Below, in pieces: positions 11,774 to 26,620 of a stretch of 64,000 nucleotides of DNA (the stretch's first letter is position 1; each line of letters begins with the position of its first letter). The notes under the pieces were generated by a model. The model did not search any database, had not been told where the DNA came from, and saw nothing but the letters and a program-made list of their open reading frames with translations. This DNA is from Octopus sinensis (taxonomy: Eukaryota): positions 91,388,001 through 91,452,000 of the forward strand of contig NC_043002.1 in NCBI RefSeq assembly GCF_006345805.1. Reading direction: 5' to 3'. Position numbers and translations under genes: made by a program.

Positions 11774-12221
11774 TTTTTTTTTTCTTCTTTCAAATTTTCT
11801 TCCATTTCTTGCCGAGTGTCTTCCCGACTCCTAGGGCAAAGAAACTCATAGTGTATATTGGTAGGCCATAAACCAAACTCAGTTGTTCGTTCATTTTTTT
11901 TTTTTTTTTTTGTTAAGTTAAATAAAATGCATGAGGCAGCAACAGTTCTCACATCGACAATGCTCTCTCAATACGTGTGATGTACCAGTTAAGACAATCT
12001 TTTGCACTTCTTGCAGGGATGGTAAGCCAGGGATCATTCTCATATAATTTTCGGTTCCTCTTGATCATTCCTAGTGCTCCTACGATCACTGGTATTGTAC
12101 CGCCTGAGATGCCACATTTTCTCAATTTCAATGAGTAGGTCTTATATTTTCTGAGCTTGTCAAAAACTCTTTCGCTGAGATATGTGATCACAAGGGATGC
12201 TCATTCGATCAATAAGCAAAC

Positions 12222-12223
<2 letters not shown>
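11772..12223 (-). mobile_element. 5'-truncated R4/Dong-like (RLE-endonuclease) LINE 3' end
   Basis: Frameshifted FDKLRKYK..LIEIEKMW..TIPVIVGALG..VQKIVLTGT..RALSM (RLE C-terminus); 3'UTR CCTAGGAGTCGGGAAGACACTCGG; (TAA)n on both sides. Confidence 0.85.
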
Positions 12224-12261
<38 letters not shown>

Positions 12262-12342
12262 TATTATTATTATTATTATTAATTATTATTATATCATTAT
12301 TCATCATTATTATCATCATCATCATCATCATTATTATTATTA

Positions 12343-12375
<33 letters not shown>

Positions 12376-12534
12376 CATCATCATCATTTAATTAGTATAT
12401 ATTAATATTATATTATTATTATTATTATTATTATTGTGATCCACTATCCCTCTTCCCTCAGATTCCAGGCCTTGTGTCTATAGTAGAAAGGATCATATTA
12501 TTACTATTATTATTAATATTATTATTATTATTAT

Positions 12535-12586
<52 letters not shown>

Positions 12587-13416
12587 TGTCGTTGTCGTCG
12601 TAGCTGCATTAGCAGCAGCAGCAGCAACACTAGAAGCATTATTTCTACATAATTAAAACGGGACTACGCTCAATCAATATTGAAATTCCTCAATTTTGTA
12701 AGAACTAAAGATTGTGTCAAGATGAACTACCATTAATATTAATTCGATAAAATATCGGTCAAATAGTGTTACTTGGATGATCGCGGAGTACCTCGAAATG
12801 TGGAATAAAACAAGATACGAGTGACTCGTTTATTTATAGCGAACATAAGAATTACGATCATTTCGGATAGAATTGATTTTTTTTTTCCCGTTCTTCTACA
12901 ATTATTTACACCTTTAAGGCATTAGTGACACCGCTCAACCTATTATGATGCATTCTGGGAATGGAATGTTACCTAACATACCAAGACATGACAGAGATTC
13001 GACAGATCGCGTTCTTTCTCTGTTTCATTTTCCCCTCGTTCCTTTTCCTCCTTTCTCACTCACTACTCCTCTCCTGTCCTTGCTCCTTGTTTCTTTCGCT
13101 CTCTTTTCCATGTCCCCCATCGCTGTCTCTTCCTCTTTCTTTCTATCTCGTCATCTCTCTCCCATCATTCAATCTCGCTTTGCGAGCATCCGCAATATCT
13201 GGCATGGTATCAACCTTTTCGAACAAGTTTCTGTCTATAATTGAAATTCCAAATAAATGTTCGTTGTTCATACTCCAGGAAGCTCTGTGGTGAAGCGACA
13301 TCATGTGACTTTATAATCATGTATCATTGGCACGTGAGTGGCCGAAGCGAGTGTTTAGAAATTCGAAGAAAAAGGCAGCACATCATGTATGTACATACAT
13401 TTATGTGTGTATGTGT

Positions 13417-13455
<39 letters not shown>

Positions 13456-13526
13456 TGTGTGTGTGTGTATGTGTGGTGTGTGTGGTGTGTGTGTGAGTGA
13501 GTGTGTGTGTGTTGTGTGTGGTGTGA

Positions 13527-13563
<37 letters not shown>

Positions 13564-13580
13564 GTGTGTGTGTGGTGTAT

Positions 13581-13680
13581 NNNNNNNNNNNNNNNNNNNN
13601 NNNNNNNNNNNNNNNNNNNNNNNNNNNNNNNNNNNNNNNNNNNNNNNNNNNNNNNNNNNNNNNNNNNNNNNNNNNNNNNN
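13581..13680. other. assembly gap (100 N) inside a (TG)n array
   Basis: Run of N. Confidence 1.
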
Positions 13681-14769
13681 TGGATATGTGTTTTGTACGT
13701 GTAAATAATTATTTATATATTTATATGTATAAAATCTATACACATACAAAAGAGATTCAGTGAGATAATACAACAATTTATGTTTTTAATATCATACAGG
13801 TATTTCCTTACTAATTATTTTCCCGTATTATCTATTTATACAGGCACCTTGTCGTCAAAAAGATTTTCGTTAATGATAGAAAATTGCGTATGTAAACAAC
13901 GGGAGAATCTATTGATAAGTATCAGCAGACGAATAAATACATGTACATACATAGAATTAAAGAATGTGAAGGATCAGATACAGTTGTAACATCTCTATTG
14001 AATATATCATTGTACATGCAAAATCTCCCTCTCTCTATCTCTCTTTTTCTCTTTCGGTATATATAAATATACACATATATAAATGTATGTGTGTTTGTGT
14101 GTGTGTGTGTCTATCTGTTCTTGCTTGTATGTAAAAACATGTATCGTTGCTATTATGCAAAAGTGTCATAAGTCCAAAACGTTGCATTCTCTCAAAAAGA
14201 AAGAATAGTTTTACCATTCCATAGCAAAACCGTTGTACTTTATTTTGACAATTTTTGATATCTTGGCGTCTGAAGCACCTGGAGATATGATAGTTTAACC
14301 AAAAGCAAAAATAAATATTGAAAAAAAAAACCACATTTTGGCCAAATTTGGACAGGCGATAGTTTAACATACTAGCAACGATATATACATACATACACGT
14401 GTGATTGTCTGTGTGTGTGTATGTGTGTGTGTCCTTCCTTGTTTTCAAAGACAGTATGGTAAAGACAAGGAAGTGAGAGGGGGAATGTGTGTGGATGTGT
14501 GCGTGCGCGATGGTCTGCGTGTGCGCGCGTATGTGTATGTGTGCAATGATGACACGTGTGTATGTGTGTGTGCGTGTGTGTGTGTATGTGTGTATGGCGA
14601 ACAACTGGCTAGTAGCTGGCCAGTATGTAAAAATAAGGAGTGGTGCTTTTTGTGTCCAGCCACAGGTCAAAAACAAAGAGGTATGTGTGTGTGCGTGTAT
14701 GTATATGTATCGTGTGTGTGTTTTGTTTGTAGAGTGTGTGTTCGTGTGTGTATGCGTAGAGTCTGGGTG

Positions 14770-16070
14770 TGTGGCGAGTAACTGTGCTTAACTTAGTGTA
14801 TGTGTGCCCGTGTGCTTGTACGTGCGTGTGTGTGTATATATATGTATGTATAATTGTGTGCTGTGTGTATGGGATGTATGTGTGTGTTCATTTGTGTATG
14901 TGTGTGTATGTAAGTGCGTGTATGTGTGCGTTTGTAAGTGTGTGTGTCTAAGCGTATATGGATGTATATGCGTGTATCCGTGGAGTTGTGAGTTTTGGGT
15001 GTGTGCGTGTGTGCGTGCGTATGTGTGCGCATGCTTTTGTGTGCGTATGTGTGTGTGTGTCTGTGCTTATATGTGTGTACGTATGTGTATGTGTGCATGC
15101 GCGTGTAGGTATATATTGTGTGTATGTATGTGTGTCGGTGTGTATGTGAATTTGTGTGTGTTTGTACGTGTGTATGTGTTTGTGCGTGTATTGTGTATAT
15201 ATATATGTAAATGTGTGTGTGTGTGTGCGTGTGTGTGTACGTGCGTGCGAGTGAATGTATGTATATATGTGCGTGTGTGTACGAATGTAGAGGTTTATAT
15301 GTTTATATGTGTGTATATGTATGTATGCAAGCAAACAGTTTATAATTGAAAGATTGATGGAAAAAAATTGGTGTGGGTGTATGTGAATCCACAGGCACAC
15401 CCATACACACACTGACGCACGCTTGCAATACAGCCAACCCCATATGTATGTATGTAAGTATGTATGTATGTGTGTGTGTGTATGTGTGTGTATATATGTG
15501 TGTGTATGTATGTATGTGTGTATGTATGTATGTGTGTGTGTGTATGTGTGTATGTATGTATGTATGTATGTATGTATGTATGTATGTGTGTAAGTGTGTG
15601 TGTATGTATGTGCGTGTGTGTGTATGTATGTATGTGTGCATGCGTGTATGTGTGTATGTGTGTATGTGTATGTGTGTATGTGTGTATGTGTGTGTATGTG
15701 TGTATGCATGTGTGTATGTATGTGTATGTAATGTATGTGTGTGTGTGAATGTATGCGTGTGTGTGTGCGTGGGGGTGGGGTTCTGGAATTGTGTGGGCGT
15801 AATGTACATGCGCGTGCTTGTGTGCGCTTACGTGCGTGTATGTGTGTCTCTGCTAGGTGTTTATAAGAGTGTGCGTATCTGTATGAGTATTGTTTGTTGG
15901 TGTGTGTGCACGGGCATGTGTGTGTGTGCGTGGGTGTGTGTGGGGTGTGGGTGTGTGTATATGTGTGGAAGTATGTGTGCGTACATGTGCATATAGGTTG
16001 TATATGTGTGGTGTTTTGGAAGTAGGTGTGTTCGTGGATACGTGAGTATGTGTGTGTGTGTGTGTTTCTG
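14770..16070. repeat. degenerate (TG)n/(TATG)n microsatellite field
   Basis: Direct reading. Confidence 0.9.
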
Positions 16071-16144
16071 TATAAGGACAAAATATTTTCTTAATATTTA
16101 AAAAAAAAAGGTTGCTAGTGGGGAGAAGTGAAGCGCAGTCACTA

Positions 16145-16760
16145 AGAGGAGGGGGCTGTGTTGAGTCCGTGTAAGGCATTGGTCTGTAGAGTGAAAATGA
16201 AACGTTGCTCTAAGCGAAGCCTGGATTGTGGAGAACCGTTGTGTGGGGCGAGACCAAACACAGAGATGTCATCGGGGAATGGCTGGCCGAGCGGATGTGA
16301 CGTGCGACGGGAGAATTGGACCGTAGACGAATATCCCTTAGATGTTCGGCGAATCGGTCTGACAACCGGCTTCCCGTCTGTCCTATATACAACATTCCGC
16401 AGAGGTTGCATTTAATGCAGTATATGAGACCAGACGAAGTACACGTAAAAGAATTCTGATACGTACAGTTCGCTGGTTGGAACCGGTGACAGCAGTGGTG
16501 TTGGTGCTGAAGAGGCAGGTGTTGCAGCGGGATCTAGAGCACGGGAATGATCCGTGTGGGGCTGAGGGTGAAGAAGAGAGGGTACTACGGATCAGGAGGT
16601 CCCGTAGATTCCGGGCTCGTTTGAAGGAGGACAGGGGTGGGTTGGGGAAAATGGGGCGGGTCGTGGGATCGAGCTGGAGGCGACGGAAGGCACGTAGTAT
16701 CTTCCGACGCGGGGTAGAGTAGAGGGGTGGAAAAGGAGGGGAAAGGGGTGCGGTTGAGGG
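16145..16760 (-). mobile_element. Penelope-like element 3' fragment (GIY-YIG domain)
   Basis: PPLSSFKRARNLRDLLIRS, PCSRSRCNTC, LIYCIKCNLCGMLYIGQTGSRLSDRFAEHLRDIR and EQRFIFTLQT...GLN across frameshifts. Confidence 0.9.
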
Positions 16761-16794
16761 GTGGATGAGAGGAAGGAGAAAGGGCAAACAGACA

Positions 16795-16809
16795 GATGGA
16801 CAGACAGAC

Positions 16810-16868
<59 letters not shown>

Positions 16869-16888
16869 ATAGATAGATAGATAGATAT

Positions 16889-16948
<60 letters not shown>

Positions 16949-16964
16949 TTATGGTAGATAGGAT

Positions 16965-17011
<47 letters not shown>

Positions 17012-17232
17012 ATAGATATAGATAGACAGATAGATAGATAGATAGATATATAAACAGATAGACAGACATATAGATAGTTAGATAGATAGATAGAAGATAG
17101 ATAGATAGATAGATATAGATAGATAAATAGATAGATAGGTAGATAGATAGATAGATAGATATAGATAGATAGATAGATAGTAGGTAGGTAGGTAGGTAGA
17201 TAGATAGATGATAGATAGATAGATAGATAGAT

Positions 17233-17264
<32 letters not shown>

Positions 17265-17296
17265 CAGATAGATAGATATAGATAAACAGATAGACA

Positions 17297-17376
<80 letters not shown>

Positions 17377-17400
17377 ACAGACAGATATGTGTGTGCGCGT
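16795..17400. repeat. (GATA)n array
   Basis: Direct reading. Confidence 0.95.
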
Positions 17401-18633
17401 GTGCGTGCGTGCGTGAGTGTGTGTACGTGTGTTTGATTGAAGTGATGAGAAGAACGGCAGAGTGCAATTACAATTAGCTTAACTAACAACATTACAAACC
17501 CTCAAAACGTCTTTTTATTTATAAAATAAATGACGAGTTATTGAAAGAGGCTATTAGTTCTGTATTGTTACGTTGGACAACCAAATCTTCCCTCCGCAAC
17601 GCGAACAGTCAATATGTGAACATTTTCTTTCCCTATATACATTCATTTGATATATATTACAGATCGCATTTTTAGATGAGAATGAAGGTATAGTCGTCTG
17701 TTACAGATACATGTAAGCTGTGGACCTCCCACATTAATTGTTAGGCGTTTTTTGTTTTTTTTACCGAAAAGGCTTTTATCATTTTTAAGTGTGTAATATC
17801 CACAAAATCGACCAAAATCGGTCCGGAAAGGGGGAAGATGGGGAGGAGTTAAAAAGAAAAGCATTTATCGAAAAAAAAATAATTGCTTCTAGTTAAAACG
17901 ATCCTCCAGACCATCTCTACTGTGAAAAAAAAAAAAAATCTGAAAAATCCCCGCCAAAACGGAGAAACTCCAGCCTGGCGCTTCCTAACTCCGACGACCT
18001 TAAAAATGTGTAATTGAAAAGCAAAAATGATGAAACCAAAGTATCGTTGGTTTCAACCGACGGCAGTCTTCAGAGATTTGTCACTGCGATAAATACTAAA
18101 CGTGCATCTTTACTTCACATTGATCCACATTTGAGGACCGTTTCTAGTTCTATTCACTAAGAAGTTAACACCTAAGTTAAAATTATTAAAATTATATTTC
18201 ACTATTTAGATACTTGAACATATATTTTATTATTTATTTATTTATTTATGATTATCAGTCTATTTCAGTATTAACATATTTGAAATAGCAGTTGAGTATT
18301 AATCATATTAGAACGGCTGTTATTAACTAAAATCTGTAGAATCCTATTTAACTCTCGCTGTTATTTTATTATTTTTGTTTTTAGAGAACTCAACGTACTT
18401 TGATGTATTCACCTTTGAAGCTATTTGCATAATGGCGTTTATTGAACAAGCTGTGATGAATTTGATGTTCTTATTATTGAAGTATTGATGTAAGTTATTT
18501 GTTGTAAGTAATTTTGGCAGTTAAACGTCAGTACAGAAGAACTGATAATTAAATATGGAAAATTAAATATATATTATATGCAAAAGCTAAAATTTAGTTT
18601 CCAATATAGGAATAGCAAATCTGAAATGAAAGT

Positions 18634-18698
<65 letters not shown>

Positions 18699-19430
18699 CC
18701 ACACACACACATCCCATGTATTATATTATATCACATTATTAATATTAAACTATAAAAGCAACGTTACAATATATAAGCAAAAATTTCCAAGCATATTGTA
18801 ATATGAATAGTCAACAGTACATCAAAATTTGATTGGTTGCCGAAATAACCATTCGAAAATGTGTCTCACAGTAATCTATTCATAAGCATACACAGATCGT
18901 GTGATTATTTCCATCTTCTCACATGCAAAAGCACATGATCAAGCATTCAGTACCATTTTAAAAATAAGTAAAAAACAAGACAGGTGCTTGTGCAGGTGTT
19001 TCTGTGTTGACGAAAAAACGATTTTTTTAAAAATACACCTTCTCCTCGACTTACGACTGTGTTCTGTTCCGACTGATGTAAGTTGTCAGTCGATCTGGTC
19101 GCATGACGGATTTACATTTTTCAACACTATCTTCATTCAAACGATTACAAAAATATAAAACACAAGCATTTAATCTATAATTATTGTACATAGTGTGAAA
19201 AATGCATAATATGTATATCTGTAGATGAAAGCATTTTCCTTTTACCAGTCACTTTAGGAGTATTTCAGATATAGTTGTAACAAATCCACACACAATTGAT
19301 GTTTAAAAGCGACTGAGAGACAGTGGAAGACAGTGGGTGCCTGGGTCTGAGGGAGGCCTGCGTTGCCAGATACTGCCATAGTTATCGTACGCGTAGCTGC
19401 CCAACGTCCGAAAATCGATTATTTATTTAT

Positions 19431-19640
19431 CTCTCTTTTACTCTTTTACTTGTTTCAGTCATTTGACTGCGGCCATGCTGGAGCACCGCCTTTAGTCGAT
19501 CAAATCGACCCCGGGACTTATTCTTTGTAAGCCCAGTACTTATTCTATCGGTCTCTTTTGCCGAACCGCTAGGTGACTGGGACGTAACACACCAGCATCG
19601 GTTGTCAAGCAATGCTAGGGGGACAAACACAGACACACAA

Positions 19641-19699
<59 letters not shown>

Positions 19700-19872
19700 A
19701 CATATATACGACAGGCTTCTTTCAGTTTCCGTCTACCAAATCCACTCACAAGGCATTGGTCGGCCCGGGGCTATAGCAGAAGACACTTGCCCAAGATGCC
19801 TCGCAGTGGGACTGAACCCGCAACCATGTGGTTGGTTAGCAAGCTACTTACCACACAGCCACTCCTGCGCCT
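19431..19872 (-). mobile_element. SINE family A, full length
   Basis: tRNA-like head (A box TGGCTGTGTGG, B-box-like GGGTTCAGTCCC), internal (TA)/(CA) microsatellite, conserved 3' tail GGCGGTGCTCCAGCATGGCCGCAGTCAAATGACTGAAACAAG. Confidence 0.9.
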
Positions 19873-20227
19873 ATTTATTTTTGTGTTGTAAATGGGGATG
19901 GTCGTACGTCGAGGAGAAGGTGTATAAGACCATATTTCAGGATATGGTTAAACCGAAGGAAATAGACAATAGTTGGAAATCCGTCAATACGTACCCATGG
20001 AGAAAAGTCTGCCAGAATTTACGTTTTGCAATCTTCTTCAAATTGCAAAAAGGCTGTAATGAATGTACTATTGCCCGAAAGACAGAATCATGTCTTCTAG
20101 AACTATTAATTTAGGGAATCCTTTTGGACCAACAATGTCCGAATAGACCTTAGAGTTGTTAATAGTTTAAACTCTATATAAAAAGAGTCCCCACCACCAC
20201 CACCACCACCACCACCACCACCACCGC

Positions 20228-20508
20228 CATCGGTCATGAATGACCATGGGATTGCATCTAAAAAGTTACTTTCCGAGGCACAATTCCTAGCAAAGTTGCT
20301 TATGGAAGACCAGCAGTCACCCGTGCATACCAACCTCCCCTCCTCCTGCCACCGATGTTATCTAAGGTAAGGCAAAGGCCAGTATAGCTTGGCACCAGTG
20401 ACATCGCAACTCATTTCTACAGCAGAGTGAACTGGAAGATTGTGAAATAAAGTGTCTCACTACCTCATGATTGTTAGCCTGACGCTCTAGCCACTGAACC
20501 ATACGCCT
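20228..20508 (-). mobile_element. SINE family D (tRNA head, CORE-like centre), internally deleted
   Basis: Homologous to 53108-53422 and 36762-36942. Confidence 0.8.
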
Positions 20509-21844
20509 ATATGCATTTAGATAAATAGAAGAATATTTCTTAACATGAATCTTCTGGAAGCACTATAAAGCCTTTTATTTCACCGTTATCTACAAAGAAG
20601 ACATTATTTCGATAAAGCAATGTCTTGCTAAGACATGTTTCTCATGTGTTTGTATGCGTACATGTGTACATGTGTGCGTGTGTGCGTGCGTGCGTGCGTA
20701 CATGTGTGTATAAAGTGTGTGTGAGCGCATGAGTGTGTAGGAAAGTATTACCCCGTGGTTGTCTATAAATTAACTTCCATAGACACAAAATCCTGTATAG
20801 AATAACAGGTAATTTCATAGATTCAGAAGGTCTCAGTACATTACTGGTATATTGTTCTTTAGTTATTGCTATTTATTGCTTCCTATTATAACATTCTACC
20901 GTGCTAGCTCCCTCAGAAATGGAACTCGCACTCGTGTTTCGATTACCGTTTAGAACAGGTATCATATTCATTATACTCATGCACAAAGAAACACCTCGCT
21001 CTGTCCTTCAGTGTTGCAACAAGTTTTGGCGCTTACGTTACATGTCTTACATCGAGTTATCTGTTTTCAGTTTTCGATCATATAATTCTATTAATGTTGA
21101 CTGCAGTATGACTTAATATAGCACACCAGAGATATCAATTTTATTTTATGAAGAAATCAGTCTATTATTATTTCTTATATATATATTATTCCTCAGGTTT
21201 TTTAACTGATGGAGCTTTTGAGACGATATTCAAACGCTGTCAAAAGCAAGCAATTGAAAGAATATTACAAGAGATATTTCTATGCAAGACCTGTGACTTG
21301 TCAAAATTAGTTGAAACACGCAAAGATACAGTTAGGGGTTTCATTGTGAATGAGTATGGCAAATATGGAAGCTTGATCTAAACGATAATCGAAACACGAT
21401 TGTGAGTTCCATTTCTGAGGGAGCTTGCACGGTTGAATGTTCTTACAGGAAGCAATACATAGCAATAACTTTTAATAGGCCGGTTGGGATGCCTCAATGC
21501 AAGGGCACATTGGACATCTGTCCGGGGGCCTCACAGGTCTATGGGGGCCAATTCTTATCTACGTATGCAGTAGCTTACTGTCAATAAATAAATACCAATA
21601 GGGCTGAGTACTCTGATTTGCCCAGAGGCCTATAATGTTGTTACAAACGGTACGGTAGGCCAGTGCACATCACTAAATTCACAAAGAATCAACGATGCTA
21701 CCTCCATGTGGTCATTCAACTTGTTAGAAAAATCAGCCAAATCTTTTTCAAATCTCAGTTTTCTTTCTTTAAAAGAAACGAAACATAATTTCGAAATATC
21801 GACATTGATATAACGCAAGGTAAGAATATTGTTAGGTACCTTCT

Positions 21845-22093
21845 CGAATCATGCCGACTCATAAGGGCCGGTTTTTCGGTTTTCCGAATTTCCATGGTGT
21901 ATAACTTCCCACATGGACAAGACGCCGGTTCGTCACAGGATTACTCATTTTTGCCAGCTGAGTGGATGGACTGAAGCAATGTAAAATGAAGTGTTTTGCT
22001 CAAGAATACAACGCGTCACCCGGTCCAGGATCTGAAACCACAATCTTACGCTTATGAATCCAGTACCCTAACCACTAAGTCACGTACCTCCAC
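21845..22093 (-). mobile_element. SINE family E (tRNA head; central segment reminiscent of the V domain)
   Basis: Head GTGGAGGTACGTGACTTAGTGGTTAGGG...GGTTTCAGATCC, then TTCTTGAGCAAAACACTTCATTT...GACGAACCGGCGTCTTGTCC; related segment at 43864-44140. Confidence 0.65.
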
Positions 22094-22279
22094 AAGAATC
22101 TTCAGTAACAACAACAACTGAGGGCAAAAGTTATTGTCAAGGGAAAAAAATCACTGTAAAACATAAGTGGAGAGCATTATAGAAATGTCGTGTATCATTG
22201 CAGAATATACAGGAAAAGGAAACTATGAGAATCGAATAGAGCCCTACAGCAGCTGTATTAATGGACTATCAACATATAT

Positions 22280-22494
22280 GTTTCTTTATTACCCACAAGG
22301 GGCTAAACAAGGACAGACAAAGGGATTAGGTCGATTACATCGACCCCAGTGCGTAACTGGTACATAATTTATCGATCCCGAAAGGATGAAAGGCAAAGTC
22401 GACCTCGGCGGAATTCGAACTCAGAACGTAACGGCAGACGAAATACGGCTACGCATTTCGCCCGTCGTGCTAACGTTTCTGCCAGCTCGCCGCC
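22280..22494 (-). mobile_element. SINE family B (tRNA head; CTTTCATCCTTTCGGGGTCGATAAA core, Meta-domain-like from memory)
   Basis: Nearly identical to the copies at 28477-28945 and 32779-33003. Confidence 0.9.
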
Positions 22495-23034
22495 TTCAAC
22501 ATATCTCAATATAACACAACAATATATATCCCAAATTTTGACACAATTAATTCCTGAATTTTAAGTAGAGTAAATTCTATGTCTACCACACATCATAAAC
22601 CTGTTTATAACTTGGTTCTTACATCGTAAACGAAATTTCATTGTAAAATCATAATTCATTGTGCAATCATTTCATTTTCCAACGTTTGTTTACAGTAAAG
22701 TAATTTGAATTAAAATGATGAAAGTTGATGTTTTTTTTTTTTTTGTTGTCTATAGTTAAGCAGATTTAATTTTGACTTGATTTAATTTCATTGCTTTATT
22801 TTTCCATTTAGCAAATAGAAGCTATAATCCGCCAAGTGAAATTCTAGTTACTACTAGAATATGCAAACGAAAGATCTACAATAGAAGACCTTTCCTAGAT
22901 GTAGGCTACACTAAGATAGCAATATAACAATTTCTGACATTAAACTAATAACACATACAAACACATTCAGACACATCCATTCACATATACACATATAAAT
23001 ATAAAAATGCATATGTATGTACATGTGTCGTGAG

Positions 23035-23342
23035 CATATGTATGTATGTATGTAAGTATGTATGTATGTATGTATGTATGTATGTATGTATGTATGTATG
23101 TATGTATGTATGTATGTATGTATGTAGTATGTATGTATGTATGTATGTATGTATGTATATAAGTATGTATGTATTTATGTATGTATGTATGTATGTATGT
23201 ATGTATGCATGTATGTATATATGTATGTATATATATATATGTGTGTATATATGTATGTATATATATATATATATTATATTTATAATGCATATAGGTATGT
23301 ACATATATATCTATCTGTCTACCTGCCTATCTCTTTCTCTTC

Positions 23343-23384
<42 letters not shown>

Positions 23385-23549
23385 ATACATACACACATAC
23401 ATATATATATGTATATATAATAATAATATTAGGGAGTATATCCAAACTTACAGGGAAATGTCTAGCACTGTTTGAGTTGCCTAATAGTGGTTTCATCTCT
23501 AATTTAATTTATATATATATATAAATATATATATACATGTATATGTATG

Positions 23550-23624
<75 letters not shown>

Positions 23625-23625
23625 A
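23035..23625. repeat. (TATG)n, (TA)n and (GATA)n arrays with a short embedded repeat at 23405-23510
   Basis: Direct reading; 23405-23510 matches both ends of 52143-52420. Confidence 0.9.
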
Positions 23626-26508
23626 GAGAGAGCGGAAGAGGGAGAGATAGAGATACATGAGCATTGATTCAACTGATCATCAATGCCTTATATCTTTTGG
23701 CAGCAAACACTTACGAGAAAAATGAAAATATTTCATTAAAATGTAATTTTTTTTCCGGTGGTCGTAGATATAAATGATACTTTGATAGCTTCTACTTTCC
23801 TGCTTTATTCTATAATAATAAATCCCGTCAAGTTATTAAGGATCAGCGTGTTCGTGTTTCACTCTTGCTCAACTCTGTTGGAGTCACGTTGGCTTATCAC
23901 ATCTAAAAACAGATTGTTCTATGTATGGAATATTCAACTCCCTGAGAAACTGGGTTTGCTTTAGAAAATCTGTTGTAATGTGTAAATAAATATGCAATAT
24001 TATACCATACAAGAATTTATACGAAACCTAATCAGACATGAACGTTTTAACTGTTTGGTTGCAGTTTCAGATACCAGAGCTTACTACGTAAATATCGCAC
24101 GTAAAAATTAACTTTTTAATAACTCAGAAGTAGCACTGTGATAAATTAACGTTGGTTACTCTGTGATAAATTGATATTTATGTTTGAAAATGTGAAAAAC
24201 AATCATAAAATTAGATATTGATGGCTTTATTAGTTTCGTTTTCGTTTAATTTATATTCAAGTTGCAAAACATAAACAGTATTTACAAATAATTTACGATA
24301 ACAAAATAACTTCCATGATGATTTTTTAAATGTTTTTGAAAAGTTAATTATTTGATAATTAGCATTGACTTTAAACATATTTGTAACGTTTATTTTGTGA
24401 AAGTAATGTGAACGTAGCGAAAACTGGTAAAACATTATGATATAGTTTGTACATCATCAAAATGCTCCACATTTCAGTATAAAGAATATGGTTTAACGAT
24501 ATAGCGTAGCAGCAATAATATGTTGCTTTATACAATATAGTATGGTATACATGCACAATGCACTATTCTACACTATGTTTCATAGTACATACAATATAGC
24601 ATGATTACGGTATTGTATATTTGTCGTTTTGTATAGCACGATGATGTAGTAGAATTTGATTAGTTATATTGTGTTGCACAAGTTGGTAAAGCGTACATAA
24701 TTTGCGACATAAACAGCATAAAAGTGATACACGATACAATTGTACATTTTGCAAAGCAAATTAAAGAAGAACGGCATGGAAATTGTTGACAATGTCAATG
24801 AAAGCTCGTGAAAGAAAACTCCTGTAGTCTTTTACAGTTGCAGTCTCCACAAATGATAATATGATCGACGAACTATAAAAATGTTTGTCTGTTAAATAGA
24901 AATACGTGTAATAGGAAGTGAAGGATCCGTTTCTTTTTTCCCCCTCAAGAAACTATCCTATGAGTTAATCCCAGTGAGTCTAACTCCATCCATTTCATCC
25001 ATCATATTATAACAACTCATCTGTCATCTAAACATTTTCAATGGCGTCTTGTATACAATTACAAGCATAAAAATGTTGTCTTCACCAATCACTGTTGTTT
25101 GTGTGTAGACATAACGGGTTTATTTCGTCAATTACGATATTTACTTGCATATTCCATTTACTTCCTCTCTTTCTCACTCTTCTCTCCTTCTTACTTCATC
25201 TTTTCTCCTATCTTTTTCCTTTCTTTCTCATTCATTCACTCATTTCTGCTTCTCCTTGAAAACATCCTCCATTTCAAATTCGCTGTTTCTTTATGTCTGA
25301 AATGACATTTACGAGTATTAATGTCATCGACAGCATTTAGTTACTTCATAAACTTTCTTCTTGCCCTCCCATCGCTTTATGCTAGTTCGACGCTCGTGTA
25401 CGAAGGAGATGATAAGGTTGTCTTTACCTTAAAAGTCAAGTGATTTCAAGAAGTTTGCTTTACCCGGAGTCAATAGATCGTTCAGTTTCATAGGGATGGA
25501 AGACTATTAAACAACGGCGAAATATATTGACTTGAGTGTATCTCATAAAATTTATTCTAAACTTTCTAACATTTCTGTTGAATCGTCCAATACTGAACGA
25601 ACTGCTCATGTTTCAAAATGTTTTCTTAAACAACATTAATACCTTTTACTAAATAAAGAAACACTGTTTTGTATTTATAAGCAGTAAAACATTTTTGTTG
25701 CATAGAAGTTAAAAGTGTCAATAAAGTTAGGACAGATTGTGTTGAATTGAAGTATTGTGGGTAAATCGGTGGAATACATACATCTGAAATAATCAGTGCT
25801 TTGTGGAGATGACATATAATACTACATATTAGACCACACTAAAGTCCAAATGAGATTTTATTCTCCAAGCAAACCTGAATAATGTATCAAGATCACGTAG
25901 CTTCACATCCTATATAAAATGTTATTGTATCAAGGAGATCTTAACTGAAGATAAATTTTGCAGTATTGGTATTCGAAACTCAGAACTACTTCTCTTCTAC
26001 ACATCTGTGTATTTCAGTGCACCAGATGTGTGTCACTTATCTGTTTTGATCAGTCAGTTAAATATTTACTACATCTAAAGCATAAAACTTTATTCTATAA
26101 CCGACCTACTCTTCAATATCATCAAACACATCCGTCTATCTGAAATTCCATTAAATATTATTCCGAACGAGGGCGGGATTTAGGTATCAGATTAATATAT
26201 TAAATCTGATGACGTCAGAATCTGAACGTGCTTTCAAAATCTTAGAATATCTATTTTCTTGTGCGATAGTGTTTTATTTCAATTAATCTGTAAGAATTGA
26301 TTTAGCTGAATCTAATTGACAAGAATTAAAATTAACAGATTATAACAAAAGATAATTAGTTACACAATTTTGTTATATTGGATTTCGTTATTTTATAAAT
26401 ATGTTAAAATATCAATGATTGTTATTTTCAATATGTTACATGTTTTTGCGTACTAGAGAATCTTTAAAACCTGTGTATGTATGCATGCATGTGGTATGTG
26501 TGCGTGCG

Positions 26509-26539
<31 letters not shown>

Positions 26540-26620
26540 CTGTGTGTGTCTGTGTGTCTGTGTGTTTGCGCATGTATGTGTGATTTCATTTTTAATTATA
26601 TTCATTTTGATAATAATTTG

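Noticed and set aside
21148-21381. 77-aa ORF with an acceptor-like TTCCTCAG
   Set aside because: No recognisable motif, weak donor and no partner exon; the nearby CAAG/GTAAGA donor at about 21820 has stops in all frames upstream.
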